From Zygnema circumcarinatum SAG 698-1b (lineage: Eukaryota; Plantae; Zygnematophyceae): a DNA stretch of 64,000 nt. Location: the NCBI GenBank assembly GCA_037447605.1, contig CM074819.1, positions 1,324,297 through 1,388,296 on the forward strand. The letters run 5' to 3'. Shown piece after piece: positions 36,430-47,612 of this stretch. A program made the translations under genes and the position numbers. The notes beneath the pieces are model-generated. The model made no database searches. It was not told the origin of the DNA and saw only the letters and a list, made by a program, of their open reading frames with translations. Position 1 is the first letter of the stretch, and every line of letters starts with the position of its first letter.

Positions 36430-37803
36430 CTAATGGTACACCTGTTGTGTGGGGAGCTCTCCCCCTAAGTCTTGGTAGAGAGTCACTGACTCCTTCGGTA
36501 TTCTCTGTAATAAACTCTTCAGAACAGGAATGGTTTCATTGTCTGCAAACCGGAGGGACCACATGCGCCTATCTTTCAACGGATGCTGCTCCTCCATGTA
36601 CCCAGTTTTGGAGTCTATCCATATCATCTTCGTGCTTGAATGATAGACCCAAATGTTGACCACTCGTTCCATAATGAAGCACCAACACAAGCGGCTGTTA
36701 TACTGAAAGCCACGGAACTTGCGAAAGCTCAAAGGACACCTTTCCACATCCCCATGCAGCCGCCATAACGACTCGAGCGTCACAAAAAATGCACGGGCAA
36801 ATGCGATAAATTTGCGAAAATGGTCTCTATGCATTACCCAGTATGAGCAGTAGGAGTACTCTCGTTCAATGGTTGGCAAAGGTGGAAGCCAGCTCCGGCG
36901 GTATTTCGTGGCATGATTCTCATCGTCCAACTTTGATTGCGTACCAAACAGTGCATGAAATGCCGCCGAGTAGACTATATGGCAGCTGCCGTGCTCCTTC
37001 CTGCACTCTCTATACATGTGGCTGCGCTTCCACGTGGACCAATAATAGAACACCCTCGTGTCCAATTTCCCTCCCTCCTCTTTCGCCTTCACCACCTCCG
37101 CTCGCATGTGGGACATCAGCCTTTTTAAAGCAGTGGGTCTCAGATGAAACCCTTTCTTTTTCGCTCTCCAGCTCTGAAACCCTAAAAATGGCACCTTTCC
37201 ATGAATCTCATCCAAGTGCTTGTCGAGTGTGAACATGGCTCCATACTCGCAGAGCAGCCCTTGATATGTGAGGTCTTTAAGGACAGGCAAGAGCTCAGGA
37301 GCATCCACATCATGGCTGCCATTTCGGACCATTCCAGGGTATACACACATACCGCGATATGGAGGTAAAAGATGGACGTGGCTCCATGCTTGCCGGCTGT
37401 AGTACAGCTCGTAAAGGACAAGCACAGGCTCTTGGGAAGAATCTTCAGAAAAGAGCTCGTCGATTCGCTCTGAGTCCTCCTCAAAAGTGACTGACTTTGC
37501 TCTCCTTTTCCCCCTACTTCTTTTAAGCCTGCGCAGCCTGGAACTCTTTCCTACATCCTGCGCCAGAATAGAGACTTCTCCAAGGTTTCTGGCGACATTT
37601 CTACTCAAGTTCCCCCTTGTAGACAATGGGGTTTTCCCATATCCCCTACCAGAATTTTCTACCTCACCCTCTACATTCTTTATCTCCCAAACCTGCGATT
37701 TCTTCATTGGCAGGTCTGCTGCATGGACGACCGGTCCAAAAAAGATACAAAATAAAACTCCCTGCGTTTTTCGTACAATGGACTTAGTCCACCCCATTTT
37801 CAT
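36430..37803 (-). CDS. Intronless protein homologous to the C-terminal domain of plant At5g04480 (BUP)/At4g01210-type glycosyltransferases
   Basis: Motifs YELY..AWSHVH..YRG, DVDA..LPVL, LLCEYGAMF, FLGFQSWRA, LPPLP, WVM..F..F, CWCFIMERVVNIWVYHS and GYMEEQHPL. First ATG 37803 is followed by a signal/anchor-like stretch. Confidence 0.8.
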   Translation of the reverse strand: MKMGWTKSIVRKTQGVLFCIFFGPVVHAADLPMKKSQVWEIKNVEGEVENSGRGYGKTPLSTRGNLSRNVARNLGEVSILAQDVGKSSRLRRLKRSRGKRRAKSVTFEEDSERIDELFSEDSSQEPVLVLYELYYSRQAWSHVHLLPPYRGMCVYPGMVRNGSHDVDAPELLPVLKDLTYQGLLCEYGAMFTLDKHLDEIHGKVPFLGFQSWRAKKKGFHLRPTALKRLMSHMRAEVVKAKEEGGKLDTRVFYYWSTWKRSHMYRECRKEHGSCHIVYSAAFHALFGTQSKLDDENHATKYRRSWLPPLPTIEREYSYCSYWVMHRDHFRKFIAFARAFFVTLESLWRLHGDVERCPLSFRKFRGFQYNSRLCWCFIMERVVNIWVYHSSTKMIWIDSKTGYMEEQHPLKDRRMWSLRFADNETIPVLKSLLQRIPKESVTLYQDLGGELPTQQVYH

Positions 37804-38224
37804 CCGTCTCTTTTTAGAAAACGAGTCACTGTGAAGAGAAAGGCCAGCTGGCCTACCCCCTAAAAACGTCCATCCGATCAAAAGCGTTCCCGGTAGGCCC
37901 TACATTGCCACTTGCTGCTTACGTTCAGGCTTTACAGATATCTAGAACCTTAAGAATTGTTCTCAAATCCTCTTCTTCCGATGAAGGTCATTGAATCTGA
38001 CGAGCAGACTGACGCTGAAGAGTCGAACATGCCAAAATTACCGAGCTAATCTTACCCTAAATTGCTTCCTTCGACTATCTAGGTTCAATGGAGTTCCCAT
38101 CCTCCGGTGCTCTGCTGGTTTCACCTGTTCCATGCGGTGTTCCAGAACTGCGCCTGCTTCTGTGGCTCCATGCGGTAGCTGCTTCGTAACCATTTCCAGG
38201 GGCAAACTTGTCTTACAGCCGGAA

Positions 38225-38237
38225 GTTTGCCGGGAAA

Positions 38238-38276
<39 letters not shown>

Positions 38277-38464
38277 GAAACTGGGAACTGGAATCTGGAA
38301 ATTGTAAACTGAAAACTGGGAACTGGAAACTGGAAACTGGGAACTGGTAACTGAAAACTGAAAACTGGGAAGTGGAAACTGCAAGTTTAAATCTGGAAAC
38401 TGGACGAAGTTTGCCGGCACCGGAAGGCCGAAACCAGCCAAAAGTTCGCCGGGAAAAACTGGAG
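38225..38464. repeat. (GAAACTG)n heptamer array
   Basis: Tandem ggaaactg units bracketed by the direct repeat gccgggaaaaactgga. Confidence 0.9.
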
Positions 38465-38510
38465 TCTGAAAAAACCTTTGAGTTTGTCGCAGATGGTCAC
38501 TTTTTTGCTT

Positions 38511-39343
38511 GGGTAGTGCTAAATCCACACCTTTTTTTGTCTAGATACAGACCTTTTTTCGCCGGGCAGATTCTATTTTAGAAAAAAAAAGGTTTAAAAA
38601 CGAAAAATGCTTTTTTCACATCTTTTTGGAATCGATACACACCTTTTTCCGTGTGTGTCCGTCACGAGATCGGTCGCGAGTGTCCGTCTTTCACATGTGC
38701 GTTGAATCTCAGTCGTCAATTCTCTCGCAGATCGCACCGCGGCAGATCACCGTTCGATCTGCAGCCGGGCTCGGTCCCAACGAATGGTTCGTGTCCACGT
38801 GTCCCGCCAAAGCCGGCTGAAAGTGTGTCCGTACAAAAGTCATACAGTCGCAGCTTCGAAGAAAGGCGAAAAACCGTACGTTAAGAGCTGGACCAATGCC
38901 ATATCATACCAAAAAACACGTGGCAGATGGTGATTGGCTACCAGTTGACAATGGCGAGGCGCTGCTGGCTGGCCGGTCCAGCTCATAATTTTGCGGAGAT
39001 CTCGGGCCACGGGACGCACGCACTCGCACGTGCGAGCCGGCTTTGGCCGGACACGTGGGCACGTGCCATTCGCTGGAACCGAGCCCGGCTGCAGATCGAA
39101 CAGTGATCTGCTACGGTGCGATCTGTGAGAGAATCGACGACTGATGTTCAACGCACGTGTGAATGACAGACACTCGCAAACGATCTCGTGATGGATACAC
39201 ACGGAAAAAGGTGTGTATCTATTTCAAAAAGGTGTGAAAGAAACATTTTTCGTTTTTAGCCCTTTTTTTCGAAAATAGAATCTGTCCAGTGAAAAAAGGT
39301 CTGTATCTAGACAAAAAAGTTGCGGATTTAGTAGTACTGTCCC
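38511..39343. mobile_element. Older Mutator-like foldback element with ~300-bp diverged inverted arms
   Basis: 38511-38818 is an imperfect inverted repeat of 39036-39343. TTTTGCTT flanks both ends (38503-38510, 39344-39351). Shares TAGATACAGACCTTTTT with the 23458 element. Confidence 0.8.
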
Positions 39344-39453
39344 TTTTGCTTTCCCCAATTCTGCTTGTGCTCCCTTTCCTTTCCCTGCCTCCCTCCCTCC
39401 CTCCCTCCCTCCCCGCCCCTTTCCTCCCTCCATCTCCCTCCCCTCCCTCCGCC

Positions 39454-42400
39454 ATGGAGGCGGAGGACCACAGCCGCACCCAACAGACCCCGCCCGCCTC
39501 CGAAGTGTTCTCGTCCTCCTGCTCGCGCCCCCCCCCCAAAGCGAAGCCTCTCCCCGCGGGCCAGCGCGTATGGAAGCTGCTCGCGCTGCTGCTCGGCTTC
39601 ACCACCTCCTTCCTCCTGCTGCTCATCTCCCACCACCGCCTGTTCTGCTTCCCTCAGAATCACGCGGTCAGGCGGCATGGCCTGCATTAATTCACACGTC
39701 GGACATGCATTACTTTTACAGTTGTATACGTTAAAAGTTATGAGATGAAATGTGATTGTCGAGGTCGTTTTACTTTCTGCATTTTCCAACTTTCTCTCGC
39801 ACTCTTCCTCCCATGTGTTACTCCCTCCATCTCTCTTCTTCTCTCTCTCTCAATTCCCTTAGGCCCGCTTCTCTCTCTCCTTCTAATTCTGTCACGCCTA
39901 GGGGATCTCGAGCTCTTCATTAAGCTAAGCTGTATATCGGTACTTTTGGCCTGAACATGTGCATTACAGCTGTTCTTTAATCAGTGATTAAAAATATTTA
40001 GAGGGTCCACAAAATTTCAATCACGGTTCAATCATCGTGCCCTCCTTTTGTCATTCTGCAAGCACGAGTTTGTCTGACTGGACAAAAGCATGTGATGACG
40101 TAGGAATTGTGCATGTATGCAGCCTCAACATCATGTGTCTAGCCTGAATACTTCTGAGTGTCTAATGAATGCAGGCTTTACATCATCGTATAAGCTGCGA
40201 TGGGTCTGATTGGAGCCATTGTTTGTCCTTTCATGTTTGTTTCTCCTATTTTGCTGTAGGCAATTCCAGTACAATATCAGCTAGAACAGCAAATGCAAGG
40301 TTCACCTGCTAAACAAGCTCAACCATTAAGCACCTCAGAGAAGCCGGAAGGATGCATATTGTATATGGATGACAGACGGGAGACGATGCGATCACCAGAA
40401 GCAGCACCGTTCTCCTATTGGGAAGACAGAGGAACTGAACTTAAGTATTGGACGGCTTCAAAGTTCATCAATAGGTGACTTAATGCCGCTTGGAAGTTCC
40501 ATTTTGGTCTCGTTTGCAGCACACTACGTGACATACTGCAGAGGTGCTCTTTCTTCTGATCTTGACTTAATTTTGTTCAAATAAGGAATAAATGAATAGC
40601 TCTTGCTTTTTTCAATTTCTTCGAAGATTGCAGGGCATATGCCCGGCGCCATGGCTATCGTTTCATTGTCGGAAATGCTGGAGACTATTGGAATGCAACA
40701 GAGCGTCGAGCTGCTTCCTGGCTAAAGGCAAGTCGTTTTCTGAACCGAACTAACCGAACTGAACTGAACTGAACTACTCACAATTGATGAAACCAATCCC
40801 CCCTCTTTTTCTTTTCTTCTCTCTTCCCCCGAAAAGCTTCTAGTTCTCACAAGCGAATCATTCGTATTGCTGTTTTTGTTTGGAGATGAGCAGATATTGT
40901 TCATGAAGAAGCAGCTGCAATGCTGTTGCCAATGGGTGTTCTTTCTCGATTCGGATGCCTACTTTCGCATGGAGAATCACCAGTGGTCAATAAGGGACTG
41001 GCTCGTAAAGTTAAAGTCTGAGGTGGGACACAGCCCCATTTTTCTGCTTCTAATGACACCTTTGATCCTACTAATGTTAATTTTTTAGAGAGTTCAACCC
41101 TTGCTTATTGCGGATTATACAAGTTCTTTGTCATTAGTAGAGCTGGGAGGCTTCCAACATTTCAGAAAGCCCGTCATGTCTACGTTTGACGCTAATGTAT
41201 GCCTCATAAGAGTAAAGATAACAATCATATCTACTCAGCACCAGTTATTGCTCTTTCTTGGTTTTTCGAGTTTTGAGTGGTCAAGGAACAAATTCTTCCT
41301 ATTCAAGTTCACCCAAGAATCCTTTCTTTTTTCTGTATCTCTCTCTCTTTCTCTCTCTCTCTCTCATGTCCTTCTTGTCTCCTTACATTTTCAGGAATAT
41401 TTCTTACCTTTGGTGCGTGACGCTGGCGTTGACATGGACGGCCAGACGTGGTTTCCACAGAAACCTGTCAAAATGTTGGATCCTCAAGATGCAAAAAGTT
41501 CCCTTATCGCTCTGTTTCCAAGAAATGGAGACAATTTGAGGGGATGGTGCGGAGGTCACGATCCGCCGGGAGTGAACGTTCTCTTTGGAAGACCGGATCA
41601 GTGTGCGGGCTTTATCAATGCTGGAGTTGTGATGCTTCGGAATTCAACTCTCACTCATAAGGTGGTAGCTTCCTTCCATTCCCAGAATGACAGTTACAGC
41701 TGCAGCTGCAGTTACAAGGAACTGAACTAGTCTGTTGTGTCTAATAGATGAGTGAATAAGTGGACTCCTGCTCCGATGTCTCCATGACTTGTATTGGAGA
41801 AATTTCATTTGTGTGGCTCACATGAAGTATGAATGCTTTACTCAAAGTAAAGCATGAGGAAAGTAAAGTAAAGCAAAGTAAAGTAAAGTAAAGTGAAGTA
41901 AAGTAAAGTAAAGGAAAGTGAAGTAAAGTAAAGTAAGTAAAGTAAAGTAAAGTAAAGAAAAGTGAAGTAAAGTAAAGCGAAGTAAAGTAAAGTAAAGTGA
42001 AGTAAAGTGAAGTAAAGGAAAGTAAAGTAAAGTAAAGTGAAGTAAAGTAAAGTAAAGTAAAGTAAAGTAAAGTGAAGTAAAGTAAAGTAAAGTAAAGTAA
42101 AGTAAAGTAAAGTAAAGTAAAGTAAAGTAAAGTAAAGGAAAGTAAAGTAAAGTAAAGTGAAGTAAAGTAAAGTAAAGTAAAGTGAAGTAAAGGAAAGTAA
42201 AGTATGAGTGGCTTTTGCATGCTGTGTTGGTGGGATCAGTTCCTCGATGATTGGTACAACGACCCGGCGAAGAAGAACTACTACAGAAGGCGGCCCTGGG
42301 AGCAGCACCGAGTGAACATTATTGCGCGGGAGTATAAGCGGCATATGATTGTGGTTCCGTTGATGGAATTAAGCGGCCCGGAAGGGAAGCAGGTCCGTCA

Positions 42401-42503
42401 TTTTTGGAAAAATTCAAGTGAAACGGAAGAAGGGCGGCATGATGCTCTCAAAGCCGCTGCTTTGGGTCTGATTGGCCTCCTGGAAGCAGAAGAAAGCGCA
42501 TAG
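39454..42503 (+). CDS. Type II membrane glycosyltransferase, GT34/GMA12-MNN10-like, 6 exons
   Basis: N-terminal TM LLALLLGFTTSFLLLLI; motifs NRAYARRHGY, ASWLK, VFFLDSDAY (DxD), FINAGVVMLRNS and PWEQ. One GC-AG intron (donor 40728). Confidence 0.8.
41845..42205. repeat. (AAGTA)n microsatellite in the last GT34 intron
   Basis: Long aagtaaagta run. Confidence 0.97.
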
Positions 42504-43054
42504 AATTTTGCGGGGAAGAGCCCAAGAAGGGGATTTCATGCTTCTTCAAGTTTTGCGTAAATAGAGTGCGCTCTCCCTCCTCTCTTGCTTGTTGAAAGGG
42601 AGGATTGAGAGTGTTGGGAGGAGACTGACATCTAAGTATTGATTCTGAATCTTGCAAACCTTTTATCTTTTTCCTGTTGAATAGCTGTTGTGGAGAGGAG
42701 TAGAGGGAGGTTGGAGCAGGTAGGCGTCTGCTGGGCTTCTCACAAGCAAGGGAAGGAGCTCAGCTGATTAGAGGAAGGAGTAGGCGAAGCCAAGTGATGT
42801 GAGAGGGGTGGTAACTGTTCGAATGAATTCTGTAGATTGCAGTTCAGTATTAGGCGAGCTGTAGGAGCTGGAAATAAGCACCAAATTCTCGTGGAGATGT
42901 TTAGATGCGCTTTGAAAGAAAGCGTTAGATGAAGCGTTGAAGTGCGGTCTCGGATCCGGAATGAAGGTTTGTTCATAACTCCTTGGAAGGAAAGGACGAA
43001 AGAACGATGGGCCTATACTTTCTTGCTGCCCATTCTTGTTCTGCGGTTGAGGGG

Positions 43055-43460
43055 GGGAGGGCGAGAGGGAGAGGGAGAGGCGGAGAGGGAGAGGGAGAGG
43101 CGGAGAGGGAGAGGGAGAGGGTGGGAGAGAGGGAGAGGGACGAGGAAGAGAGAGAGAGGGAGAGGGAGAGGTAGGGGGAGAGGGAGAGGGAGAGGGGGAA
43201 GGGGAGAGGGAGAGGGAGAGGGGGAAGGGGAGAGGGCGAGGGAGAGGGAAAGGGAGAGGGAGAGGGGGCCAGGGAGAGGGGGCGAGGGAGAGGGAGAGGG
43301 AGAGGGAGAGAGGGCGAGGGGGAGAGGGAGAGGGTGGAAGAGACCGAGAGGGAGAGGGAGAGGGGAAGGGGAGGGGGAGAGGGAGAGGGGAGAAGGGGGT
43401 GGGGATTGGGAGAGGGAGAGGGAGAGGAGGAGAGGGAGAGAGGGAGAAGGAGAGAGGGAG
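43055..43460. repeat. GA-rich polypurine tract, (GGGAGA)n
   Basis: Near-pure purine run; a similar tract lies at ~46375-46775. Confidence 0.9.
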
Positions 43461-43884
43461 GCTTTGCATCAATTTTCAACCCCCATTGTTCTCGCCATAC
43501 AAAGCAAGTTATCCCCGTGTTACAAAACAGTTTGGAGCCCTTTTGAAGAAGATCAAGTGGAACTTCACTTCACTTCAAGAAGATCCACATTTCTCAGAAA
43601 AACCTCCAATGGATCCACCTTGCAAACTCTGTTAACCCTGAAAGGATTCCTTGACCTTGAGTCATTCATAAAGGTTGACCTCGGTCAGATTCACTGCACC
43701 TGGTCAGAAGTTAACTTACCGTACCGTACGGTATGGCAGATCCCACAAAAAACAAACATTGTTGACCCAGACCACATTCACTGAACTTGGCCAGATGATC
43801 CACACTGAAAGTTGATCCTTCTCCAAAAGTTGATCCTTCTTCAAAAGTTGATCCGGTCTCCCTCCCCTCCCCCAGGCGCCAGCC

Positions 43885-45846
43885 ATGGCTGCCAAAGCTC
43901 CCCTCCTCCCAAACCCTAAAACTCCCACAACCTCTGCAAGTGCTGAGCTGCGCCCTCCTCGCTCCGTCTCTGTTCCTTCTCCTGCAACGCCGCCATGGCA
44001 ACCGCCCTCCCTGCACGTGGCTCGTGCAGGAGGCCACATGACAGAGCTTCTCCACCTTCCAAGCGAGCGGCCCGAGCTCCATGTTCTGGTTATTCCAGGA
44101 AATCCGGGAGTCGTTCCTTTCTACAGCGAATATGTAGCAGACCTCTTCTCTCAGCTCAATGGGCGCGCTTCAGTGACAGCTGTCAGCCATGTAGGGCATA
44201 CAGAAAAGGAGTGGGTGAAGGGAGGGCTCTTTTCTCTCGCAGAACAGATTGATCATAAGGTGAAGTATCTAGACGAGCAGTTCGATTCTGGGAAACTGTC
44301 AGCCATGGATAGTAGCTCAGTTCAGGGGAAGGAGGACAATGGAGGGGAGAGAGAGGAGGGAGGGAGGCAAGAAGGGTCTGGAAAGACGCTGCCATTGGTA
44401 TTGATTGGTCATTCTATTGGAGCACACATTGCCATGGAGGTTCTTCGGAAGTTCGGACCTGGCAGAGTGAAGCATGTTATCGGAGTCTATCCCTTTGTGT
44501 CGCTGAATGAGAGGTCCATATGGCAGAAAGTGCTCAACTGGGCTTCACGTATCACCGTACTTGGTGTATTTCTATCCGGGGTCTCAGAGCTTCTTGGAAA
44601 ATTGCCAAGACAAGTTTCAAGTCTTCTTGTTCGAGGCTCCATGGGCGGAGGTTGGAGCGCGAGCGCTGTGGAAGTGATGCGACGCTATGTGCTGCAGGTA
44701 CATTTCACGACAACATGTTCTTACTTATCTCTGATCAATCGAATTGTACTAGCAGGGAAGATCAGGCCCTTCAGGGTTAATTGAATCTTTAAAATCGTTT
44801 TTTCTCCTCCGTCGAACATTGTGGAGCAAACAAGTCCGTTATCTTTGAAGAAGTGCATTTCCTCCAAGTCATCTTGACATTCTTTGGTTATGCATGTCTT
44901 GTGTGCAGTACGGTGTAACGCGTAACTTCGGCTTTATGGGATCAACGGAATTTGACACAGTAATGTTCTACACCTGTTCACAGCCCTCCACTTCGTTAAA
45001 ATACCTCGCAAGAACATCTCTACATTTTTTATTAACACTTCTTCTTTTCAGGTCCTTCGCGAAAGTTCCCCGTGATGATTTTGTCCATGCCCATTTGATG
45101 GCATCGCCATCGTGAGATCAATGCCACATCTCCCTCGTCTATGGGCTTAACGGAGAAGTAGCAATGACTTTATTATATATGATATGATGACTGTATGATA
45201 ACTTGGCTACTTTTTTGCGCAAGGAAGCTTATACTGTTCTTATTTCGAGTTTTGTGTGATTTTTTTCTGAGTCTGAACCCCCTTTACTGTTTCCTGGATG
45301 GGAATGCAGCTGAAGAGTGTACCCGATTGGGATTTCCTCCGAGCGAACCAGTCTCGACTCTCCTTCTTGTTCGGAGTGGATGATCATTGGGGGCCCCTTC
45401 ATCTCAAAGACGAGGTCTGCACTACCTCGCTTTCTTTCCCAAGTCTTTCAAAAAACACAATGTTTCAGTCACGCCCATGGTGACTTCAACCAATCACATT
45501 TTTGGTAGCACAAATTTTCAGGCCAACCCTTCAAAACAATTGAAGTCAGCGGGACTTTTTAGGGTTTGTTTTTGCTTCTTTCTCCTTACCATTCTCTGTC
45601 TCACCATACCTTCACCGATACACGGAACATCGACCTCGAAGGCCACTCCATGGAGCCTTGCCGTTGAGTTCATTTTTAAGTTTTCTTGTGCGGGCGGAGC
45701 AGATGGTGAAGGAGGTGCCTGGGATGGAAGTGGCGGTGGAGAGGGAGGGCCACCTGCATGCCTTCTGCTGCACGCGGGAAGGCTCCTCCTGGGTGGCCCG
45801 GCAGTGCGCGCGAATGATTCTCTCAAAGCGCATTCTCCGACCTTGA
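43885..45846 (+). CDS. LDAH: Lipid droplet-associated hydrolase (alpha/beta hydrolase), 4 exons
   Basis: VIPGNPGVVPFY, SHVGH, SLAEQIDHK, nucleophile elbow GHSIG, FGVDDHWGP and HAFC. Confidence 0.85.
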
Positions 45847-47364
45847 CTCTATCTCTCCCTCTTCTCGCAAAATGCCTACTAAAGCATTCTAGCTTTTCCA
45901 GTCAGCTTAAAATATTGATCTCTCTTGCCTGCCTGAAGAGGTGCCATGGCAGGCACTGTTGAAGCATGAATGGCGAGGATATGTCGCCCACTCTCTCCTA
46001 ACCTCCCTCAATCTCTCGTCCCACCCCACTTTTTCCAGGCTTTGGCAGTCTCCTTGACAACTTTCTTAAGACGATCCAAGCCGTCCCTCTGGTGTCCAGA
46101 TTGAATGTCAAATGGCAACCACCGCGGGTCCTTGAACAAAACTTTTCCTTGAAGCCCTCAAAGCCGGTTTTATTTTTAGTTTTACATTCCTTTTTCACCA
46201 TTGATTAGTGCAGTTGCGAGAACATATTTAAGGAGATTAGCGAACTTTGCAAATTTTCTATATCCTGAGTAAAATCCAAATCTCAGTTTCTCCCACATTT
46301 GACTACTTGAACATGTCGCTCGTCACACACGTAGAGAGTAATATTCATATGAAAGCTCACCTTGAACTTGCAAAAGGAGGGGAGAGGGAAGGGAGAGGGA
46401 AGGGAGAGGGGGGGAGAGAAAGGAGAAAAGGGAGTAGGGAGGGGGGGGAGGAAGGGGAAAGGGGGGGGGGAGGGGGAAGAGGGGGGGGAAGTGATGGGGG
46501 AAAGAGGGAGAAGGGGAGCAGGAGAAGGAGAGGGAGAGGGAGGGGGAGGGATAAGGGGGAAAGAGGGAAGAAGGGAAAGGAGAGGGAGAAGAGAAGGGAG
46601 AGGGAGGAAGAGGGAATGGGAGGGAGGGGCGGGGAGGGGAGGGGTGGAGAGGGAGGGAAAGGGAGGGAGAGTGGGGAACGGGTAGGGGTTGATAAAGAGG
46701 TGGGGGGGAAGTAGAAGGGGGAGTGGAAGAGGGAGAGAGGGAGATCGAGGGAGAGGAATAGTGAGAAGGGGAGGGAACAAACTTTCCAGTACGAACTTTC
46801 CTTCAGTATGCATTTTTTTTGCTAAGGTTCTGACGGCCATACAAATCCCAAAGGGGCGCTCTCTCCCTCCCTCCTACTGCCACCTGTCTCTGCATCAGAA
46901 CTCTGTCCTCCTCCCATAGGCTTCATATCTACAGTCCGGTTCTACACAGGCGATTTCCCCTCACTAAAGAAGGGGAGCCACCCTTGACATTCTACCAAGC
47001 AAAAACTGCCTGCACTGGGTCCATACAGAAGATATCCGCCCGCAGCTGCTCATATACGACTGACTGCAAACTATACAGAGTTTTGGAAGTGTTGGGATTG
47101 ATTGAAATACTTTCCAGAAATGCCTAAATAAAAAAAGAGGGAAGGGAGAAGAGGGAGGCGAGAGAAGTGCGAAAGAATGAGAGAGAATGGAGACGGTACA
47201 GAGCTCTGAACAGCCGTCACTTAGCATGGGGTTCCGCATTACCTACTTGAACAGGTGCGGCTGAGACCATGCATCCTCCTACAGCTGCCAGAACGCTTTG
47301 ACATTAGGGTGTCCATACAGACTTGATTCGAACCAGCTACTGCGATTAGGGTTTCCATGCAGAC

Positions 47365-47559
47365 TTACTTCAAACCTGCTGCAGCCGCCAAAAATATACG
47401 CAATTGCTGTTCCTTTACGAGCACAGGCAGCCGCTCTCGGGTAAGAGGCCTGCAAAGGAGTCCCCTGACAGGTGTCAGCCAACAGGTCACTTCCAGTCTG
47501 ACTCGGACAAGAAGAGTGCACAGAGAGAGGGAGCCTGTTGAGAAGCAATTGCAGAGAGA

Positions 47560-47612
<53 letters not shown>

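Noticed and set aside
41741-42344. (LYFTL)n hydrophobic ORFs
   Set aside because: Antisense translation of the intronic (AAGTA)n microsatellite.
42768-43784. Long RE/GE- and SP-rich ORFs (also 24945-25650 and 46247-46840)
   Set aside because: GA/CT low-complexity tracts without domain or splice support.
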